DNA of 53,957 bases, filler included, from Catajapyx aquilonaris (Eukaryota), in NCBI GenBank assembly GCA_000934665.2. It is 2 parts of 2 records of this genome, joined end to end, with 100 filler letters (N's around TTAATTAATTAA, not from the genome) between each part and the next. Parts side by side here need not be neighbours in the genome. Positions count along the whole stretch, not along the records: positions 1 to 26,941 come from JYFJ02005136.1; positions 27,042 to 53,957 come from JYFJ02005138.1. The stretch is one strand, 5' to 3'. Within the stretch, counting starts at the first letter, position 1; every line of letters starts with the position of its first letter. This document shows positions 23,613-34,500 of the stretch, one piece after another. Below the pieces are notes generated by a model. The model was not told the DNA's origin and did no database searches. It worked only from the letters and a program-made list of their open reading frames with translations. A program made the translations under genes and the position numbers.

Positions 23613-25935
23613 TTACCTCCGCTTGACTGTTAGCCAGATCCCATTTTGAGGCCCTAAAAGTTGTCTCCTAGGACTGTACTTGATAGGGATCTCTGTCTTG
23701 TCACACGGCGAAACCATGAAGCGCCTCAACATGCCAACCAGGGCCACCTTTGATTGAAGCAAGGCAAATCTCATCCCTGTAAGTGCATTGCTCGTATCAA
23801 TTAATTTTCCATCAAAGTAGTATATATACAGCGTGTAACTGAACTCAGTGCACAGAGGTATAGGACTGCCTTCCTAGGCACCAGAGGATCAATTTAGGTA
23901 GAGTAGTCATTTTTATGTCTGGGCCGCTGCATTACCGAGATAATCGACCCACCTGATAGTTAGCGATTTGGCTACAGAGTGATTTGTAAATAGCAGTGAA
24001 AGTGCCAGTGCTCTTCAAAATTAGCAGCGACATTCAGAACAAATTGAAATTACAAACCACAACACAACGTTTTTGCCTAATCGCTCCTTCTGACTGGGGG
24101 AGGGTTCGATGGGTGGCCTAACCGACAGGATATTTTGTACTACATGTGTGGGGGCAATTATCTCGGTAATGCGGCGGCCCAGACATAATGACTCCTCTAC
24201 CTAAATCAATCCTCTGGTTCCTAGGAAGGCAGTCATATACGTCTGTGCACGGAGTTCAGTTACACCCTGTATATTTTGCGTTTCATAGGCAACGCAACTT
24301 ATTTGTATTGTCTCACCTATGCAGTTTCTGGGACCATGTCCAAAGGGTGTGTACACGTAAGGATTTCTCTTCCTTTTTTCTTCAGGACTGAATCGCTCAG
24401 GATCAAATCTTGACGGTTCAGGGTAGTATTTTTCGTCGAGGTGGAATGAAGCTGCGGGAATTACGATAGTAGTACCTTTCTTGATGGTTACACTTGTTCC
24501 CGGTATGATGTAGTCCTTTGTACATAGCCGTTCTAAGCGAGGTGCTAGTGGGTACCTTCGGAGGGTCTCTGAAATTTTTCACGAGGCATGTCAGAAAATC
24601 CTTGTACTTAAAGTGTATTAACTTTTTGTTTACCGTTTATAATCATATCAATGTATTCCATATCTCGAAGAGAATCATAAGAAACTTCTCCGTCGTGTTG
24701 TTCAATACAGCGTACAATCTCCTCATACGCACGTTCTTGAAGTTCAGGATTTAGTGCTAGTTCATACATTGCAAAGCTGACTAATCCTGCACTAGAATCC
24801 GACCCAGCCAGGAAGAAAATCACGCAGTTGGCAACAATCACATCATCAGTAATAACTAGGGGTTAAAGAACACATGAGCAAAGAGATTGGATTGTTTTGA
24901 AAATGTCTTACTGTGTTTTGTGGCAGATTGATCAACGTCGGATATTTGTGCCTCTCTTTCGAAGGAGTCGTCTTGTCGGTCGTCAGGATGGTCCTCCTCT
25001 AGATCTCCCGTCTTGGCTTCCATCATCAGCTGCAAGAAGTCATTCCTCCCTTGCCCCGTGTCCCTCCGATGCTTCATTGAAGACTTCACCACTTCAGTGA
25101 AGACACTCATTCCCTCGTTTGGAAACACGACTATCTGTTAATGCAGACGAAATACAGGTTCAATGTTGAATTTTGCAACACCTATAGTATTCGGCAACTT
25201 TACCTTCAAGAATTTGGCCATCCTTGGAAAACACTGTGTCATCAAGAATCGAATCATTTTGGTGAAGGTGAACATCTGAAACTCCTTAGCTGCTTTTATA
25301 AATGGCGACTCTTGATCACTGTAAGTGTCACACTTGACACCGAAAGCAGTGCTGCCGATGATGTCCATGGTGTACCTGTTGAAGCAGTTGATCATTTCCA
25401 CAGCCTCACCTGTGCTGGCCAAGTCGCCGACGTATCTCTCCATCTGAACAGTGCACTCGTTCATAGCCTCAAAAGTGCGCTTCATTTTACCAGAAGTGAA
25501 GGTGGGACTCATCTTGACCCGAAGGTGCTTCCATTCTGTCCCAGTCAGGCTGAAGAGCATCTTTGCCAGCATGGCATCCTGCTTGTTAGTTTCGAATGGA
25601 CGACGGTCGACAAAGTGGTCAAAGTCTTTGACGTAAATGCTTCTGAGGAGGTCGGGATCCAGTATCATCAGTACTGGGGTTCTCAGTTCGTAAAATCCTC
25701 CGAATGCAGCCCCTTTCTTGGACAACTGCTTGTACACCATTTGGTCAAAGAACATGATATGTTTGGTCAACAAAAAGCGGTGAAATAAGGCTGTCCAAAT
25801 ACCAAATCGCACTGACGGAATGCCCTGACTAGACCAGTAGTTCAGGTTGCATGTCACATAAGCGTACGCAGCCAGCAATACGCCTAAGATTACAATTGCA
25901 GCATCTAACACATAGCTTCCAGTGATGACTGCCAT
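23613..25935 (-). CDS. Cytochrome P450, clan 3 (CYP6/CYP9-like), intact, 5 coding exons
   Basis: Exons ~25935-25203, ~25134-24912, 24856-24633, ~24568-24317, 23776-23613. Hydrophobic N-terminal anchor, KDFDHFVDR, WxxxR (WKHLR) followed by SPTFTSGKMK, I-helix FFLAGSDSS, ETLR, FDPERF, heme motif PFGHGPRNCIG/MRFA split by a phase-1 intron; ends NGIWLTVKRR*. Confidence 0.93.
23829..24269. mobile_element. Tc1/mariner-like MITE in the last P450 intron
   Basis: ~120-bp TIRs TA|CAGCGTGTAACTGAACTCAGTGCACAGA ... TCTGTGCACGGAGTTCAGTTACACCCTG|TA. Confidence 0.88.
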
Positions 25936-26849
25936 TTTCGGATAGTCTGCAAAAGAGACCGAACCTCACAAGTGTTGCAGGCAAGTCGTATAGATACACC
26001 TTGTATAATTTTGTTGTCCACATTGTAAGGTACTGTACTGTAAAATACAAAATATGCATTGTCTCTTACCTGCCGCAACCCTTGATCTGCTAAGATATCG
26101 ACTGTCCTCTAGGTGCTTCTTATGAACAAAATTTTTATATTATCAGTTGTTTTTGCCGAGCAAAATATAAGATACGGTTATGGGGTAGTTGCCAAAGATA
26201 AATTACCTGTGCACATACTGATTGTGGAGAGGTCAATGGAACTCGATTAATGGTATTGCTGGTCATAACTTGCATAATTAAGAGTTGAACAATTATGTGG
26301 AATAGTCGCTGTTTTAGCTGAATCATCTGTATCATATCAAGATTTTGCAAGCGCTGCATCACAGTTGTACATGCCTGAGCTTTCCTTTGCCTCTTTCAGT
26401 AGTTTATTTGATTTGATTTTATTTTTTTAAATTTTTTTTGCAGAATAAATTTCATCAGAGCAACACTGATGTAGTGTAAGCTGGAATTATTTTCCCCATT
26501 TCCTCACCAGTAAAAAATAGAGGCCTATAAAAAATAGTAGCCTATAAATTCAACTACTGAAATTGCGTGTTTAGCGGATCCCAAGAAAAACAAACCCTTA
26601 CAGTATGTACTATAGTCACAAACCTTGTTGATTGTTTATTCGCGACCCTCAGTGGGAATTTCACTTGCAATTGTTGCTTTTATTTCAATTGGTTGCTGGG
26701 GTAAACAATCTGCAACGTCTTTCTTCCAATCAGCTGGGTTGTCGTACAGACCTTCAACCACATTTTGAGCTACTAAATTCACCGGGCTACCAGGGGTAGA
26801 TGGCACACTTTTTACATTAAATTTTTTTCTGGGGCCTGCTAAGACTTAA

Positions 26850-26941
26850 AGGGACACTCCACTCAAAATACAAGTTGGATTCTAAAAATCGGGCAGAAAA
26901 TCCTGATTCCGAGGGTATAAGCAGTTTTCCTGAGAGACGAA
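26850..26941. mobile_element. Second copy of the TTAA/Kolobok-like MITE, truncated by the gap
   Basis: TTAA|AGGGACACTCCACTCAAAATACAAGTTGG..., nearly identical to 15279-15370. Confidence 0.85.
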
Positions 26942-27041
26942 NNNNNNNNNNNNNNNNNNNNNNNNNNNNNNNNNNNNNNNNNNNNTTAATTAATTAANNN
27001 NNNNNNNNNNNNNNNNNNNNNNNNNNNNNNNNNNNNNNNNN
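26942..27041. other. Artificial assembly gap / contig spacer
   Basis: 44 N + TTAATTAATTAA (26986-26997; stops in all six frames) + 44 N = exactly 100 nt. Confidence 0.95.
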
Positions 27042-28586
27042 CGCCTGACCCCTGTACGCGCGGTCAAAATTCGGATGCGTCTGTCGCTCCTATCTCGGAA
27101 ACGGCTGAACATTGCCATTTAGGACTTTCACCACTGTGTTTATGCCACGTGATTGACCCATCGTGCAAATTTCAGCCAAATCGGAGGCGACCACCCTTGG
27201 TCATTCCCTTGTTAGTTAACTGTAAATGGATGTAACAATTTTGCAATTTTTTCCCTCAAGAATGACGTAACTTCCTGACTTCTCATCCACTGCATTGAAG
27301 CTACTTCCATATACACAGGCCTTAAAAGCTTCTGCGGATTATGGACACGATTGACACAACTTTTTTGTGTGTATGTGTCCCAAAATGTATTGTTGAAACT
27401 CTTCCATCCACTTCTAGTTATCCTTATCGATCCAAAGTTCGAAAAAATCTGAAGTTGCCCAGCAGACAATTTGCTTCCAGGACGTATAAAAGTTGGCTTC
27501 CGGTCCCTTCCCACTTTACAGAATAGAGGAGGAGTCCCTGTTGGAAAAGCCCACTAATCTAATGCGCCTCCTGCTAGCTCGAGGGAAGAAGGGAGGATGC
27601 TGGGAGAGCAGGGATTTAGTGCCCACTTCGTCTGTTTTCCTCCTGGAAATCATACCCCCTCTTCCCCTTTTTGTTCCGAGTAATTGTGCTTTTTTAAAAG
27701 TTTGTTAAGGAGACGGCTCCGCTTATTTCGAATCGTGCCGAGAGGGTCAATATACCTAATTAGCGCCTTGTCGGAACCGGGAGCTGCTGAGAGGGTAAAT
27801 GATTTTATTTGTGTAAGGAGAGACACAATAGGGCGGGGATTTGCATGTTTTATATTGGGGGAATAGGGGCGACAACCTAGACAGTTTTCATTTTGGGGGG
27901 AGGGGGGGNGGATTGGGAATGGTTAGTTTGGTTCAGACGATGAACTTGTTTTTTTGAAACTCCTCAACTGCCTGAAATCAAAGCAGAACTACGTAGCTCC
28001 AATGTAGTGCAATTTTACCAGGGCTGATTTGTTATTCTGCAAGCAATAATAGCAGCGAAACTATTCATGAAATTGGCCGACAGTTACATAGCTAGCGTAC
28101 TCCAAAAAACCGCAATAGTCAATACAGAGAGTGTTATTTACATGCAAGTGTACATGCAAGTGTCCCTATCACTTGATCAACAGACTTCCATCGCAATTAA
28201 TGTCATGCTGGCGCTGTACAATTACTCGGTTCGGAAGCTATTGGTCAGGATACACAACACACACCGAGTCATTCGATTCCTGACGTTTGCCATGCTGATG
28301 GACTATTTAGACTGCGGAACGATTGGGAGTTAAAAGCGGATAAATTTGTTTTTGTTATAATATCGGTGGGGAAGGTTTTTGTTTGATAACGAGCAATTAA
28401 CGTGCATAGCGAATGTTCATTAGAGTGGAAATGGGGCTGGAAAGCCGCTGGTGACGGAGCGAGAAATTCTGTGGTGCATAATATCTCGATTTTGGTTTTT
28501 CCAGTGGCGCGTGGCTCAACGAGGTGTGCCGTTACATGTTATACCGCAGTGATGTTACATCGACGTATGTGTTGTTTTTTTTTCAG

Positions 28587-31500
28587 GCCTTCATAAAGGG
28601 AGACACGCAGATCATCGCCGACGAGGCGTTTCAAAATGCAATTCAAAACTACTACGAAGTGTTCCTTCGCTCCGAGCGCGTCTTGAAGATGGTCAATTCT
28701 GGAGCCTGTTCACAGCACGACTTTCGAGAGGTCTTCAGGAACAACATAGAAAAGAGGGTTCGGTGAGTGTTTATGGGGCGGACAAAGAGTGCAGTAAATC
28801 ATGATTCGGCGACGTTCGCATTATGTAACACCGACGCCTTTTTTTCCCCCTCTCTTCCTCTCTTGTGACAGTTCATTACCGGAGATAGATGGGCTGAGCA
28901 AGGAAACGGTTCTAGCTTCATGGATGGCTAAGTTCGACTGCATATTTAAAGGAACAGGTAAAGCACATGTTACTGTTGGAGCCACATATATGTTTCACAC
29001 TGAACTGGCTCTTTCGCTGTTTTTTGCTGCGACTGTGCAGGATTGTCCAGGCTTACTTGTTAGTGTGAAATTAGCAGTTTTGTAGTCTCGCGGTTACAAT
29101 TATTAGCTCAGGTGCTCACTTTGATCTTGCTACTCTCTGCACATCTGTATGCAGTGTGCGCCTACCATGTTTAGCAGCAAGTTGCTGTGGCCCGTACTGT
29201 ATATTCAAATAGCGTGTTACTTGGTGGGCATAAGCAGGTTTTTTGTGCGGTTTTTATTCGTAGGGGACGACGACCAGAAAAGGCCTTCACGGATGCAGCA
29301 GCAGTCTTTGAATAGCGAATTAATCCTTTCCAAAGAGCAGCTTTATGACATGTTTCAGCTGATCCTTGGAGTGAAGAAATTTGAGCACCAGCTCCTCTTT
29401 AATGCCCTGCAAGTACGTGACTCTCATCTAATGGCACACTTAAGGTGTGACTAGCATTTTTCCAGGAATGCCTCAACTTTTCTTCTTTTTTTGTCTGAAC
29501 TCTTTTGTAGTTGGATTCGGCCGATGAACAGGCGGCGGCCATCAGAAGGGAGTTGGATGGCCGGCTGCAGAAGGTTGGAGAAATGGAAAAAGTAAGGGAT
29601 CCGATCGTTGACCAAATTGGGAACCTGCCATCAGTTACGTAACTGTGCTGGAGAGATGAGTATGGTTTGCGTTGATTTTATCGCGAGGTATATCGGTACG
29701 TAACGCCGGCTCCATCGATGCAATTTTCTGTTGAGTTATGTATACTATCACCCAAACAAGGAGTGTCGCGGGTTATCCTAACTTGGATGCAACCCTTTGG
29801 ACAGATTCTGTGGAAAGGGTTGCATCCAAGCCAGGATAACCCGCGACAATCCTTATTTGGGCGATAGTACTTTCGGTATATACGGTCCTTTTCTCTCGAA
29901 TGCCTTTCGTATGCGTTACACTGGAAGCGAAATGTTGAAAAAAAATGACCAGAGCAGAGTTACGTAATTGATGGTCGACCAAATCCGGTGGGATTTGCGG
30001 ATCTTCACGGGCTATCCATCTCTCTTGATGCAGAACCGAAAGCTCATGCCTAGATTCGTACTGAAAGAAATGGAGTCGTTGTACATTGAGGAACTCAAGT
30101 CGTCAATCAACCTCCTCATGGCCAATCTGGAATCTCTCCCGGTCTCCAAAGGATCCGGTTCCGATTCCAAGTATGGCCTACAAAAGTTGAAGAGATACAA
30201 TCACAGGTACGATCAAATGCATTATCTGTATATATATTTTATCACGATAGCAAATAATTTTGTGTAAGATAACATGACAGCAAACTCAACAAGTCTACAA
30301 ACAAACAGCATATACTTCATTGCGTATCCAGCTTTCAAATTCGGGATACCTGAATTTATACTTGTATTATTCTGCAGCTAATTTAATACTGATTAATAGT
30401 GTGAATATGTCAAGTACTAAGTAAGGCAATTTGGCAATGTGCAATTTGGCTCCAGATTCTAGGATGGATTACGTCACAAGCATTCGATTACTTCTACAAT
30501 GGCGAGTAATTGCATTACAGACGTCTTCTGTCAAAGATGGCTGTCGTTGTAAACAATAAATTAAATATATTTCGCCGCTTGTAAAGTGGTACTTCATAGT
30601 TTTAATTATTACGGATTGATTTGCAACTTGCCTGCCCGTTTCAACAAAGTTGGATACGACAACACAAATGTGTATGACCACCAGGGGAGAACAATAATAC
30701 AACAAAACTGTTGCAGTGCATCAGCGCAGTACATTTGTTTCGCAGGCATAACTTATAAATGCTTCATTTTTAAATATTTTATGTTAGTATAATTTTTCCA
30801 AAAATTTTGTTTGCAAGCCTTTTTGCTTGCATGAATCCCAAAGGAGGATTTATGTTCTCTAAAGTGAATGAATAGGCTTGAGTATTTTATTATTGCTACA
30901 ATTATTAGAGCAAGTTGGATGTTAAGAGTGACTAACACCTGCTGCTCTTCCTTCCTTGCCATCAGTAGTCGAAGGAGGAGTTCTGTCTTAAGGCAGGTAG
31001 AGGTTAGCATGCTTATTTTTAGGCCCCGACAACTGTTGTTTTCTCTCCTTCACCTCTACACGATCACTGTCCAATCTGTTTCACTTCTGCAACTCTCATG
31101 CTCGATTGTGTCGTACAGGCCACAGGCGTATAATCAATGTGGAAGCTTTTCTCAATATCTGCCGCAGCAATTACTCTAGATTATCTTCCGCGTTGCTAAC
31201 TAAGAGGGGAACTGCAGCCAAGAACGAACGTTAATTTGCATCTGCAATTACCTAGAGAAGAAGAGAAAAAAGTTAAAATCAAGGCGTAGTTCCCCATTAA
31301 AATGACAGAATAATCGATGGAAAAGGATTTGAAGGCTAAATGGCTCTTACAGTAAAATCGAGTTTGATGTAGACCTATAGTAACAAAACCAAGTGAAACT
31401 TGAACCTTCAATGTTTTAGGTCAGTAGTAAATGTGGATTGCATATATAATCTAAAAATGCATCCAAGCATCTGTTCTGCATCAGTGTTTTTCTAACGATA

Positions 31501-34500
31501 GGTCTGCTAACTGTTTTTGTGTCCACATAGCACAATGCGTTTCTCTCTTCACCAATGCAGACAGCATATAGTGTACGTCGTTCACGTGCGTTCCGTTTCC
31601 ACCTGGACAGACTGAAAAAGAGGAACGCACTGTCTAACAAACACCTTCCTGATCTCTTTTGTGGTCTCCTAGCGACCAGGATCTCTGTGTAATCTTGTGG
31701 GGGGGAAAAACACCTTTCTCTGTCTTTCTCTTTCCTTCCTCTCTGAATTGCAACCTATGTTGTTATGTATGTGTTGCACGCAGCAGACGTCTCCCTTTCT
31801 TATTGAATTGCTCAGCTGACGAAGCATCGCGGGGTTTTCGTTTTCCGCTTTCGGCCTTGGGTTGATTGCATTTTTGACTGAATGCTAACTTTGTTTCACT
31901 GTACTCTCTCAGTTCTTTGGACGAGTCGGCAGGAACTCTTGCACTGTATACTGTCACCTGTCCAATGCATTCGTGTGTCTGGTTACTTTTTTATAATATA
32001 TCCGAGGTCCGTTTTAAATATGCGCTTGTTTCTCAGGTCGCAGGGTTCACTGGCACGGTTAGAAGGGGATTCGGCCGATAGTGACACGCAGTTGACCAAG
32101 TTCGACGTGGTTTTAACGTTCCAGTTGGAGGTTTGTTGATATTTTTTTGTGGTGTGGAGTCGGATGGCAATGACGGAGCAAATGGTGTCGGCCGCTCACT
32201 TTTGGTCTGAATTTGCGGCTTAAAAACGTAGTTGCTTCGTCATTGTTGGCAGTCCTGCTTACAATGTGCTTTGCCTCACCGCGTATTATTTATTAGGTTG
32301 TGGTTATGGAAGTGAGAGGCCTTAAAACTCTGGCGCCCAATCGAATAGTGTATTGCACAATGGAAGTGGAAGGAGGGGAGAAGCTGCAGACGGATCAAGC
32401 TGAAGCTTCGAAGCCAATGTAAGTATCAGATCAATCTAGTAGGTCGGTAGCAGACTAATGAAATATTGTGTAGTGTGGGGCGGCACGTGGTGTAGTGGTT
32501 AGCACCACAGCTTTCCACACCTGGTCGCCGGGACGGTCGGAGGAATTTAGAAAGAGTTTCGATGGGTTTTCTCCCATTTCCTATCATTATCAAAGTCCAT
32601 CGCAGAGCAGTCAGTGACTCAAGTCTGGTCAATAACATATCCCCTAAAAGGCACCAGCAGACCCGTCATGGGGTATCCAATAATTACTATTACGATTATT
32701 ATTGTTGTAGGGTGTGTGAAAAAAAATGATGGTGACGTTAGAACGCAACCGTAGCTGACAGCCTTTTACCTGGTATTAGACTATGTTATTCTCGATAACC
32801 AAGCCAGTTATTATGCCCCTATGACGTCATTGCAACGAAAGTCTCCTTCGGACTGCGCAATTCTATGATGGTCGATCACTTGCAGGTGCCCGGCAAGCAA
32901 ATTAAATGAAAACTCACCTTTCATTAAATACTGTAGCATGACTGCGCTATTCAAAACCAGTCACATAGAAAGTTGGCCTGTCAGTTGGAATACATATCAA
33001 AGTAACATCCCACGTATTCCCAGAATGCCGAAAGACCTTTGGAGATACAGCACTTGCTGCATCTATATACGTATAATAATAGCTTGATTCTCCAGGAATG
33101 AATAGTTGAATTGGTTATTAATAGAAATGGCGATACGTTTCAGGTGGGACACTCAAGGAGACTTTTCCACGAATCATGTCCTTCCTGTAGTCAAAACGAA
33201 GCTCTACACAGAAAATCCAGGGATGTTGGCCCTAGAGGACAAGGAGCTGGGAAAGGTTTTACTCAAGCCCACACCTCTATCCTCCAAGGTATTTACAGTT
33301 AACGACGCCTGTGAAGCAGACATGTACGGTTTTGTTGTTGGTATTTAGTCGCGCAACCTAACACGTTTAAGCGTAGAGGAGTCAAGCGAGGATTGCTAAC
33401 TTGTAACTCTTTAACATGAGGTCTTTTTTGCCACACACGCATGATGTGACTACTGCATTGGCCCGATTCCATACGAATTGATTTTCAAACATATCAGAAC
33501 CCCGCAGATTTATGCAAACCAATCCTGGCGAAGAGAAGGGATTAACGGATAATATTTAAAAACCTTAATGCGGGAAATAAAGATCGGACCATTGCGTTAT
33601 CATTGTATGCCTATCATATTATATGCATCCATTGTGCACTCCACGTATTTCCGACAGGCACCCGAGTGGCACAAAATGACAGTGCCAAAGAATGCTGCTG
33701 ATCCCGATTTGAAGATCAAAATCGCATGCCGAATGGACAAGCCATTGAACATGAAGCATTGCGGGTAGGCAGCTGCGATAAAAGCATGATTGTGTTGATG
33801 GAGCTTGTTTTGATTGATGGTTTATCCTGATGCAGATACCTGTACGCCTTGGGGAAAGCAGTGTGGAAAAAGTGGAAGAAGAGGTACTTTGTCTTGGTGC
33901 AAGTTTCCCAATACACCTTTGCCATGTGTAGCTACAAAGAGAAAAAGACGGAGCCTACAGAGATGATGCAACTTGACGGTTATACTGTCGATTACATTGA
34001 AGCAGTAAGCGGTAAGTGTCACACTTGAAGATCTGCTCGTATGCAGCTAGAAAAATGATGTAAGGATTTTTGCATACTAATACTGCAATTATCATTATGC
34101 GAATATCCAGCCGATCAGTGTTTCTCTTCCAAACCATGGCACAAATGCGAAAATATTATTTTGCATTTCTATGAAATACACTCAGTAGGTTGTCGAATGG
34201 ATTTTGTCACATTCCATTGCGCCACCGTATTTCACATGTTGTCATTTTGTTCCTTAGCCAATCTGATGGTAGGAATGGGTGAGTTTATGGCAGACATCAG
34301 CGTTCACATTTCATCTGGTTTTTTTTTCTTTGGACGTAATTTTGTAAATATTTATTGCAGACCTGGAAGGCGGCCGCTTCTTTTTTAACGCTGTGAAGGA
34401 AGGTGACAGCGTCCTCTACGCCTGTGATGACGAAAACGAGAGCCACTTGTGGGTGATGGCCATGTACAGAGCAACAGGACAATCCCATAAGCCCGCCCCT

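Noticed and set aside
25141..25788. 215-aa plus-strand ORF
   Set aside because: Antisense shadow of P450 exon 1.
27042..27216. Possible Helitron-like or other repeat end right of the gap
   Set aside because: Repeat-like, but only one end is visible and the family cannot be supported.
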